Below are positions 8,660-16,174 of a stretch of DNA of 32,000 nt, one piece after another. Each line of letters starts with the position of its first letter. The stretch's first letter is position 1. The DNA is from Vulcanisaeta distributa DSM 14429 (lineage in GTDB: Archaea > Thermoproteota > Thermoprotei > Thermoproteales > Thermocladiaceae). Location: contig NC_014537.1 of assembly GCF_000148385.1 (NCBI RefSeq), positions 2,010,001-2,042,000 on the forward strand, in the 5' to 3' direction. The notes under the pieces were generated by a model, which did no database searches, was not told the DNA's origin, and saw only the letters and a program-made list of their open reading frames with translations. Both the position numbers and the translations under genes were made by a program.

Positions 8660-9147
8660 CCCCCACTCACCTCCAGGTAATACATTATTAAACCAATCAT
8701 TATAGCCATCAAAAGCGAAGCCAATAACGCAATTAGTAATAGGCCATCGGGCGTTGATGCGAAGCTTATCAGTGATTGACTGGTTACCGGCGTCACCTCG
8801 TAGTTTGTGAATGCCGAGGCTATGATTATCGCAATTATGAATAGTAGCATTGGTGCTATCCAGGACTTACCAACACCACCCCTGAACTCAACCCTCCTGT
8901 ATGTGGCTGCCAGGACTATGGTCATGGTTATTGTGGCGCCAACGAATATTAGGTATATTAGTATGAAGCCGTAGGTTATTCCGAACAGGCCATATACCGC
9001 GCCAACGAGGCCCGTCGCTATGGCTAAGTATATCGCCGCGTATAGGTTGTCCTTCGTTATGGTTATGCCTATGGCTGATAATACGGCGAAGATGCCAAGT
9101 GTTATTAATGCGTCGATGTACGTGCTAACCATAGCAAGGGAAGACAT
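8647..9147 (-). CDS. nuoJ: NADH-quinone oxidoreductase subunit J (ND6)-like
   Basis: 166 aa with 5 TM helices. Its position immediately upstream of nuoK and its size and topology fit NuoJ. Confidence 0.6.
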   Translation of the reverse strand: MSSLAMVSTYIDALITLGIFAVLSAIGITITKDNLYAAIYLAIATGLVGAVYGLFGITYGFILIYLIFVGATITMTIVLAATYRRVEFRGGVGKSWIAPMLLFIIAIIIASAFTNYEVTPVTSQSLISFASTPDGLLLIALLASLLMAIMIGLIMYYLEVSGGWRS

Positions 9148-9251
9148 AACTCACGTATTTTTAAGTATAACCAATTGACATCCTTCTATATGCAGTATTT
9201 AAGGTCCTTAACCATGGTGGTAATGCAAATTAAGTTGGTCCTTAAGACACC

Positions 9252-9755
9252 GTGATGGGGCTGGTACTACTCTATACCGGTGATGGTAAGGGAAAGACAA
9301 CGGCGGCGCTGGGGCTCGTCCTAAGGGCGGTTGGTCACGGCTATAGGGTCGTGATTGCCCACCTAATGAAGACCTTGATATACAGGGGTGAGTACGTCGG
9401 TGAGTACCTTGCAATTAAGAAATTCCTTGGTGATTACGTCGACATCTACTCACTGGACCCGGACCAGCACTTAACGCCTAGGGACGTGCTCAGGGCGGCG
9501 CTTGATAGGGCTAGGGAGGTTAAGCCCTTCCTACTGATACTGGATGAGGTCAATAATGCGGTGGCCAATGGCTATCTAACGGCTGATGAGGTCATTAATG
9601 GCATTAGGTCACTACCGCCTGAGGTTAATGTGGTGTTGACGGGTAGGGATGCGCCTAGGGAGTTCATGGAAATAGCCGACCTAATAACGATTATGGAGTC
9701 AAGGAAGCATTACTTCGATAGGGGTATAGTCGGTGTAAGAGGTCTGGAATGGTAA
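9252..9755 (+). CDS. cobA: Cob(I)yrinic acid a,c-diamide / cob(I)alamin adenosyltransferase (CobA/CobO/BtuR type)
   Basis: 167 aa. It has the P-loop-like YTGDGKGKTTAALGLVLRAVGHG and the downstream ILDEVN motif characteristic of the CobA family. Confidence 0.8.
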   Translation: MMGLVLLYTGDGKGKTTAALGLVLRAVGHGYRVVIAHLMKTLIYRGEYVGEYLAIKKFLGDYVDIYSLDPDQHLTPRDVLRAALDRAREVKPFLLILDEVNNAVANGYLTADEVINGIRSLPPEVNVVLTGRDAPREFMEIADLITIMESRKHYFDRGIVGVRGLEW

Positions 9756-9787
9756 TATTCTTTAATTCCCCACAAAGCCATTAACCA

Positions 9788-10582
9788 ATGCCAACACTGA
9801 AGTTTAGGGATGATAGGCCCACGCTCATCGGCGTTGTGCACTTACCGCCATTACCAGGCTCTATTAGGTATGGTGGACTGGACATCAGCACGATCGTGGA
9901 CTTCGCCGTTAGGAATGCCAGGGTGCTTGATGAGGCTGGCTTTGATGCCGTGATACTCGAGAACTACAACGATTATCCATTCAGGGTTAGGGTTAGGGAG
10001 GCTGAGACCATAGCCTCCATGGCGATAATAGCCAGGGAGGTGGTCAGGTCGGTGAATATACCCGTGGGCATCAACCTACTGAGGAATTCCGGCCCAGAGG
10101 CAGCCGCGATAGCAGCCGTGACCGGGGCATCCTTCATTAGGTCAAACGCCTACTGCGAGGCGGTGGTGAGTGTCGAGGGGTTGATAGAGCCGGTGGCCAG
10201 GGAGGTCCTCGAGGTAATGACGAGGCTCAACACAAAGATCACGGTGCTCGCCGACATATTCGTTAAACACGCAAGCCCACTGCACAGGATGACCATTGAG
10301 GACGTGGCCAGGGACTGCGTGGAGAGGGCCCTGGCCGACGCACTCGTGATCACGGGACCAAGGACCGGTGAACCACCAGACCCACTACTCCTTAGGCGCG
10401 TCGTTAAGGCGATGAATGCCAAGGTACTCGTGGGAAGCGGCATAAACCCAAATAATATAGGCGATTACAGGGAGGCCCACGGCTTCATAGTGGGCACATA
10501 CCTAAAGGACGAGGAAGGACAAATAGACCTGGCAAAGGCCAGAAACATGGTAAACGCAGTAAAGGCATTAACAAAGCCGTGA
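9788..10582 (+). CDS. BtpA/SgcQ family TIM-barrel protein
   Basis: 264 aa. The N-terminal LIGVVHLPPLPGS motif, NYNDYPF and the overall length match the BtpA family. Confidence 0.7.
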   Translation: MPTLKFRDDRPTLIGVVHLPPLPGSIRYGGLDISTIVDFAVRNARVLDEAGFDAVILENYNDYPFRVRVREAETIASMAIIAREVVRSVNIPVGINLLRNSGPEAAAIAAVTGASFIRSNAYCEAVVSVEGLIEPVAREVLEVMTRLNTKITVLADIFVKHASPLHRMTIEDVARDCVERALADALVITGPRTGEPPDPLLLRRVVKAMNAKVLVGSGINPNNIGDYREAHGFIVGTYLKDEEGQIDLAKARNMVNAVKALTKP

Positions 10583-10615
10583 ATGAGTACCCACGACCCA
10601 GGAAATTGCATTACT

Positions 10616-10679
10616 TGTCAAAACTTGGACTGGAAGAGTGGAGGTAAGATTAATCTTACCTCCACTCTGCCTGCCCAAC
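10616..10679. repeat. 64-nt repeated element, copy B (palindrome 10635-10668)
   Basis: Identical to 5715-5778. It starts 34 nt after the stop of the upstream + strand CDS, and the flanks on both sides are unrelated to those of copy A. Confidence 0.9.
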
Positions 10680-10828
10680 CATCAACTCCTAATAATCATC
10701 CAGGCCCAGACCACTCTCACAAACAATTCACGACAATGCACTTAATCCTAGCCTGCTAATTATGTCTTAGCACTTCTTATTACTGACTTAAACAGAAGGG
10801 GATTAATTTTCGCTTAATTGATTTATTA

Positions 10829-11110
10829 TTAAAGCCTTGATATGATGTACAGTAATGAGATCGCGACTAGGTTTAGTACTGTAATCAGTAGTGTTGGTGC
10901 TGCGACCTCCATCCCAAGGCCCCAGGTGGACCACATGTAGTATATTGTTACCATTAGTATGCTTTCAACCAGGAGTATCACTGATATGGATAGTAGTATC
11001 TTACCTATTCGCGTAAAACCAACACTTACGTAATTCCTGAGGATCAATAACACGATTATTGTCTGTACAGCGGCAATCCCAATATCCACATACCATAGGT
11101 AGTGGGTCAT
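10829..11110 (-). CDS. Small membrane protein (3 TM)
   Basis: 93 aa and hydrophobic. Its start overlaps the stop of the upstream wHTH gene by 4 nt (ATGA), which suggests co-translation. Confidence 0.45.
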   Translation of the reverse strand: MTHYLWYVDIGIAAVQTIIVLLILRNYVSVGFTRIGKILLSISVILLVESILMVTIYYMWSTWGLGMEVAAPTLLITVLNLVAISLLYIISRL

Positions 11111-11487
11111 GGCTCACCACCCTCCTCCATCTCCTCCCTCTCGTTAATACCCAATATCCTCATGACATCCCTAATAAGGTCCCACCTCTTTTCAAGCTTA
11201 TCACTAATGAAGTATGGCGCCCCATAGCCGATATCTAACTTATTAACGAGCCCATACCTCTCAAGAAGCTCTAAGTGGTAAATCACGGTCCTGTAATTCA
11301 CGTTTAACACCCTGGCCAATTGATTAGGGTTCATGGGCCTTTTCTTAAGGAGTAATAGGATCTTGAGTCTCATTAAACCTCCACGGGAGCCGCCAAGCAA
11401 CCAAATAAGTATTTTCTTTAAGTCCCTCTCATATTCAACCATTAGGTACGTAACACTACCCGTCAATAATTTATAAGTTTTAAGCAT
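11107..11487 (-). CDS. ArsR-family winged-helix transcriptional regulator
   Basis: 126 aa with the HTH segment MNPNQLARVLNVNYRTVIYHLELLERYGLVNK. Confidence 0.6.
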   Translation of the reverse strand: MLKTYKLLTGSVTYLMVEYERDLKKILIWLLGGSRGGLMRLKILLLLKKRPMNPNQLARVLNVNYRTVIYHLELLERYGLVNKLDIGYGAPYFISDKLEKRWDLIRDVMRILGINEREEMEEGGEP

Positions 11488-11726
11488 TAATTATCCCGTG
11501 AAAGCCATTATTAATAAGGTGATTGCACCTCAGAATTCCCAACTTTAGTAAGAAAATGCAAACTAAATTGTAATAACACTTGAACAGTACCATGATTAAT
11601 CAAGCCTAATATACGTTGCATTAATAAACAGTAATTAAGGTTGCATGAAGCCCATTATAATTTTATGATTAAAATCAAGGGAAATATTTTGAAGATTTTT
11701 AAATACAAGGTAATGTAGCCAACAAC

Positions 11727-13220
11727 TTAGCTACCCCACGTAGGTGTACTTGATGATGAGCTTGACGATGATGAAGATGATGAGTAACTCGAAGATGGCG
11801 TTGATGATGGCATCATGGTGCCTGTCAGGTTAGTGAAGCCGTGGATTGGCGCCACGAATACCCAGGGTACGGGCTTTATGAAAACCACATTCACTATGTA
11901 ATCATCGCCCACCAACCATGGGTTGGCAAAGGCGTAGTTGCCGCCAAGTAATGTCCCGTCTGGTAACTCCGTATAGCCTAGCCAGGTCCATGATGCCACT
12001 ACCTCCGTAAGCGCCATCATGCTGCTTGGGTTATAGAAGGCCTGCGGTGGTAGGAAGGCGATGGTTATCACGGGTGTTGGGGAGCCTGAGGCGTTTACGA
12101 AGGTGTATCCTGGGCTTATCTCATTATTCACTGCGAAGGCGTATGAGAATATTGGCCAGTATATGGTGCCACTCTCATTTAGGTAGACTGGGTTGTAAAC
12201 TGCTTGATACACCAGGCTGAAGTTGTAAGTACTGAGTATTTGGCCGCTGGGCGTCTTAACGTAGGTGCCGGGTGGTATGACCGCCAGTAGGTTGCCCACG
12301 GCGACGGCGCCGCCCTGTGTCGCATTCACGGTTATCGTGCCTATGCTAACGGGTACTAGCTCCGGCTCCATTGTCGTTACTTCAGTGCTATTTGGTGTGG
12401 TCTCTGAGGTGTATACCGTCATCGACATTGCCGGCATGCCCGTGTACGCGAAGATCCAGGGCACCGGCTTAACGAATTGGTAGTTCACGAATATGCCAGA
12501 GCCAACATACACCCAGTTGTCTGGGAATGCGTAGTGGCCGCCGACCAACGTGCCGTTTGGCTCCTCAGTGAACCCAAGCCATGTCCAGGTGGTCCACGTA
12601 CTCGGCATCCTCACCACGGTAATTATTGCCTGCGGCTTACCCTCCTGATTAACGAATGTATAGCCCGGTGATACCTGCCCATTAACGGCATAGGCGAAGG
12701 CGTAAATTGGCGGTGAACCTCCCATGCCCATCTCCATGGGTGTTGGCCCGACATTCTCCAGCATGTAGTCAATTATTGAGAAATTATACGTACTGAGCAT
12801 CTGCCCGCTTGGTGTCTCCACGTACGTGCCCGGCCTAATCACGGCTATTATGTTGCCAAGCCTAACCGTAGCTCCTTGTGCCGCGTTTACGGTGACCGTC
12901 GCCTCACCAATTGGTATTAACTCTGGTTGCATCATGCCCATACTTGAGTTGGACATGCCCTCTAATGATTGGTATTGGCTTTGTAGGCTCATATACTGGT
13001 TCTCCAGGTTTGTGTAGTTTGTCATTAGGCTTGAGTACTCGCTCTCCAGGGTCTCATACTTACTCTGTAACTGCTGGTATTGGCTTTGAAGTGCCATGTA
13101 CTTACTGGCCATTGATGCAGTGGTTGAGTATAGGTAACCCACATACCCCAGTCCCGCCGCGAGTATTACCACCAGTATTACCAGTCCTATTGTTAGTGTG
13201 TTCATCAACCACGTACTCAC
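11727..13220 (-). CDS. Membrane-anchored extracellular protein: N-terminal TM helix, Q/Y/S-rich coiled coil, two tandem beta-rich domain repeats, poly-Ser tail
   Basis: 497 aa with an N-terminal TM helix LTIGLVILVVILAAGLGYVGYLY. A periodic segment follows: KYMALQSQYQQLQSKYETLESEYSSLMTNYTNLENQYMSLQSQYQSLE. Two homologous blocks of about 170 aa start PELIPIGEATVTVNAAQG and PELVPVSIGTITVNATQG and end KPVPWIFAY and KPVPWVFVA. The tail is SSSYSSSSSSSSSSSSTPTWGS. Confidence 0.6.
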   Translation of the reverse strand: MSTWLMNTLTIGLVILVVILAAGLGYVGYLYSTTASMASKYMALQSQYQQLQSKYETLESEYSSLMTNYTNLENQYMSLQSQYQSLEGMSNSSMGMMQPELIPIGEATVTVNAAQGATVRLGNIIAVIRPGTYVETPSGQMLSTYNFSIIDYMLENVGPTPMEMGMGGSPPIYAFAYAVNGQVSPGYTFVNQEGKPQAIITVVRMPSTWTTWTWLGFTEEPNGTLVGGHYAFPDNWVYVGSGIFVNYQFVKPVPWIFAYTGMPAMSMTVYTSETTPNSTEVTTMEPELVPVSIGTITVNATQGGAVAVGNLLAVIPPGTYVKTPSGQILSTYNFSLVYQAVYNPVYLNESGTIYWPIFSYAFAVNNEISPGYTFVNASGSPTPVITIAFLPPQAFYNPSSMMALTEVVASWTWLGYTELPDGTLLGGNYAFANPWLVGDDYIVNVVFIKPVPWVFVAPIHGFTNLTGTMMPSSTPSSSYSSSSSSSSSSSSTPTWGS

Positions 13221-13382
13221 GACCCTACTTAACTCTGTTTTTCGTAATCTCTTACAAATTCTTACCTAATCACTAAGTACTGTTTAAATTAGGTAAAACG
13301 CTAATCATTAAGTAGAAGACATGAAATTCCACCATGGACCTTACCCGCGGATTTTGAAGAGGCGAAGTGGTGATTAATCCAA

Positions 13383-14726
13383 TTAGATGTAGCTCTTAAC
13401 CCCCTTCATACCCAATGCATTCTCAAGCATCCTCTTTGCCGTGTAGTATCTCCTACAGTCTGGGCATAGGTACAGCCACTCCGGGTCACCCTTAATGCCC
13501 AGCCTAACCTTCGTAGCCATTATATGCCTCCTGGTATCGAAGGGTCTACCACACATTTTACAGGTGATCACCTCGTCGTAGACCACGTCAGTGCTGTCGC
13601 TCATTGGGAATTCCTTAGCCCTATCAACGGTTATTGCCTTCTCAGGGCATAACCTCGCGCAGTAGCCACAGCCAATGCACTTGAGGTTATTGAGCTTAAG
13701 CACTGTCTTATTACCATCCCTACCAACGTCAAATGCCCTCTCGGGGCACTTGGCAAAGCATACGCCACAGAATGAGCACTTAACATCATCCACATGGACA
13801 CTAAATATCTTAAGTAATTCATTGGCTACTCCCGTGGTCCTTGGTCTAAGTCTCGTTAATGCCTTAATATAGTCATTACGCCTAATGCCCATGTAGATCA
13901 TCCCCTCACCCACTTCCTCGCCGCCAATCATTGACAATGCACCATCCTCAGTGATGCTTAGCTTGAACGACTCCGTGAATGCATTAATCAATCCCTTGGC
14001 ATAGTCAGCACCACCCAACTTACATGACTGGTCGGGGCACTCAACACCCACCTCAAGGGACTTGGCAAGCGCCATTGCCACCCACTCGGGACTGACTGAG
14101 TCGATGCACGGCACCCTATAGATGTACTCACCGTCCCTAGACTCCCTGGTGTTCAATGGGCATGTGAATGTAATCCTCCTAATACCCCTCACATTATTCA
14201 ACTTATTAAGTAGGGCTACGTACTCATTATCGTCAGCGCCCACCATTGCCAGGGCACCGGTTGGGCACCTCGACACGCATAGGCCACATTCAATGCACGC
14301 GCTCTCATTGATAGTGACCCTATTATTAACTATGGATATTGCATTAGCCGGGCATGCATTGACGCACTCACCACAGCCAAACCTAGCCCTACATGCGTTT
14401 TCGAAGTATGTGGGTATGTTTTTCTCAACAACCTTGGTGACCCTACCCATCAGCAACTCCCTCCTGCTAATGGGGCCTTCAACAGCCACCTCCTTAGTGG
14501 TGACCCTCCTGGCCATTAACTGCGCCTTCAGCGCCTCCAACTCCTCATTACTCGGTGACCTGAGTATGTATATGTTCATTGGGTGTTTTCCCTGGACATT
14601 GACATTACCCAGCTTCCTGAGGACTATGATTACGGGGCCATCATGATCCTTAACCCTACTCAACTCCTCATCACTTGGGTCCTCGAGGATCAATAACCTA
14701 CCCTCCTCACTCACCACCATAGGCAT
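13383..14726 (-). CDS. Cytoplasmic polyferredoxin (four CxxCxxCxxxCP motifs) with C-terminal zinc ribbon, SreD-like accessory protein of the molybdoenzyme operon
   Basis: 447 aa. The four motifs are CGECVNACP, CIECGLCVSRCP, CSFCGVCFAKCP and CIGCGYCARLCP. A Cys-containing insert of about 150 aa separates the two ferredoxin pairs. The C-terminus reads CKMCGRPF...CPDCRRY. There is no signal peptide, and the gene overlaps the upstream gene by 20 nt. Confidence 0.7.
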   Translation of the reverse strand: MPMVVSEEGRLLILEDPSDEELSRVKDHDGPVIIVLRKLGNVNVQGKHPMNIYILRSPSNEELEALKAQLMARRVTTKEVAVEGPISRRELLMGRVTKVVEKNIPTYFENACRARFGCGECVNACPANAISIVNNRVTINESACIECGLCVSRCPTGALAMVGADDNEYVALLNKLNNVRGIRRITFTCPLNTRESRDGEYIYRVPCIDSVSPEWVAMALAKSLEVGVECPDQSCKLGGADYAKGLINAFTESFKLSITEDGALSMIGGEEVGEGMIYMGIRRNDYIKALTRLRPRTTGVANELLKIFSVHVDDVKCSFCGVCFAKCPERAFDVGRDGNKTVLKLNNLKCIGCGYCARLCPEKAITVDRAKEFPMSDSTDVVYDEVITCKMCGRPFDTRRHIMATKVRLGIKGDPEWLYLCPDCRRYYTAKRMLENALGMKGVKSYI

Positions 14727-15381
14727 CCCTCACAGCCTTAATGACCTCCCTGTCCTGGACCACGAAATCCCTCGTGAAGTTGAGGAGGAGCTTGAAGTAG
14801 TCCGTCCTCACGAGCTTTAGCGACGTGCTCACGAATATTGGTACCCAATTAATTAAGTGATTATTTATGAAGTAGTCCTCCTCCTCAACGTACTTAACCG
14901 CACTACTCCAATCGTCATACTCCTTATACGCCAGGAAGCTCATGAAGGCGAACTCAACGGCAATATGGTCACCCCTCAAGTCCCTGAAGTCCTTATTAAC
15001 GACTAGGTTATAATCAGCGTAGATCCTCTTGAGGGTTATTTCAGTGTTCATATCGAGATAGCCGGTGTGGGTGTAGCCCTCATACGGTATTGCGCCATAA
15101 TCAACCCTCGTGAAGTCTACCTGTATTGGTGTTAATGCATTATAATCATTCACATTCTCCGCAAGACCCAACAGCTTAATTAAGTCATTCATTGACGGGT
15201 ACAGACCAACCAGGACCCTTGCCACATCCCTAACCCTACCAATCCTCGACTTAATGAGCCTCTCAAAGTCACTGAGCCTATACGGGTATATGTAGGATGA
15301 GGCTAAGAAGTCGTAAATGATGGAACGAGAAAAGGCGAGTGATTTTAAGGCCTGTGGGTCTAGGCTCTCCATATTAATCAC
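14707..15381 (-). CDS. TorD/DmsD/NarJ-like molybdoenzyme maturation chaperone
   Basis: 224 aa, all-helical and acidic. The call rests on its position between the Fe-S subunit and the polyferredoxin, with an N-terminus SRSIIYDFLASSYIYP like that of redox-enzyme maturation proteins. The start is GTG at 15381 (overlapping the upstream TGA) or ATG at 15372. Confidence 0.55.
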   Translation of the reverse strand: MINMESLDPQALKSLAFSRSIIYDFLASSYIYPYRLSDFERLIKSRIGRVRDVARVLVGLYPSMNDLIKLLGLAENVNDYNALTPIQVDFTRVDYGAIPYEGYTHTGYLDMNTEITLKRIYADYNLVVNKDFRDLRGDHIAVEFAFMSFLAYKEYDDWSSAVKYVEEEDYFINNHLINWVPIFVSTSLKLVRTDYFKLLLNFTRDFVVQDREVIKAVRDAYGGE

Positions 15382-16169
15382 GTACCCTGGCCCTTGGCAT
15401 TACCCACGCCACCACCGCAATGACCACCAGTGGGTTTGACACCCTTAAGCTTCTGGAGCAGTGTTGGTAGGTCAGCGGCGCCTGTCCTCAATGCAAACTC
15501 CTCAGGCTCCTCCTTAGTGACTATCCTGGTTGATTCATTAGTCTGCACGCCCGGCATTATGTATAGGCTTGGCGGGTCCGTACCAAACTCTGGGCCCATG
15601 GGCACGGCACCCTTCCTCACCGCAGTCCTGTAGATTATGCTGTTGGGGTCGTCCATATCACCGAATATCCTGGCGCCAGCCGGGCAATTCCTAACACATG
15701 GTGGTATCCTCTCGTAAAGCGGTAGTGACTCGTCATAGATTCTGTCGATTGCCATCACGCACTTCTTACTGACCCCCTCCACTGGGTCGAATATTATGTT
15801 GCCGTATGGGCATGCATTCTCGCAATACCTACAGCCGATGCAAACCTCGTAGTTAATCACCACGACGCCATCCTCCTTCCTCTTGTATATAGCCCCCGTC
15901 GGGCATACAGTGACGCATGCGGGATTCCTGCAGTGGAAGCAGCTGATTGGCACACTGAATGTCTTTGTGTTTGGGAACTCACCAACCTCTACCTGCAGCA
16001 CCCTCATGAAGAATACTGACCATGGCGCCTTACCAGGCTCTGGACCCCATGGGTTTAGGTCAGTCATTGGACCGTAGCATCCGCTTGAGTGCCACTCCTT
16101 GCAAGCAAGCATGCATGCGTTACATCCAAAGCACTTGCTTAGGTCTGTGAGTATGGCTAGCTGGACCAT
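15378..16169 (-). CDS. Molybdoenzyme electron-transfer subunit, four-cluster ferredoxin (PsrB/DmsB/TtrB-like)
   Basis: 263 aa. The cysteine groups are CFGCNACMLAC, CFHCRNPACVTVCP, CIGCRYCENACP and CVRNCP, as in CISM beta subunits. Confidence 0.85.
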   Translation of the reverse strand: MVQLAILTDLSKCFGCNACMLACKEWHSSGCYGPMTDLNPWGPEPGKAPWSVFFMRVLQVEVGEFPNTKTFSVPISCFHCRNPACVTVCPTGAIYKRKEDGVVVINYEVCIGCRYCENACPYGNIIFDPVEGVSKKCVMAIDRIYDESLPLYERIPPCVRNCPAGARIFGDMDDPNSIIYRTAVRKGAVPMGPEFGTDPPSLYIMPGVQTNESTRIVTKEEPEEFALRTGAADLPTLLQKLKGVKPTGGHCGGGVGNAKGQGT

Positions 16170-16174
16170 TCAGG

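Noticed and set aside
5715-10679. The two identical 64-nt direct repeats might be attL/attR sites bounding a 4.9-kb integrated element.
   Set aside because: The enclosed genes are ordinary chromosomal functions (DsbA-like, nuoJKN, cobA, btpA). There is no integrase, transposase or tRNA target, and the repeat is dominated by a palindrome rather than resembling an att core.
11748-11807. The repetitive gatgat/gaagat DNA might be a microsatellite or part of a CRISPR-like array.
   Set aside because: It is the reverse strand of a poly-serine tail inside a long intact ORF and uses mixed Ser codons. There is no spacer-repeat periodicity.
14122-14646. The 174-aa + strand ORF, together with similar antisense ORFs at 7646..8059, 8081..8431, 12911..13276, 18630..18980, 19752..20057 and 21209..21622.
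   Set aside because: All lie antisense within strongly supported minus-strand genes carrying family motifs. Their translations are Ser/Leu/Pro/Thr-rich shadow sequences with no recognisable domains.
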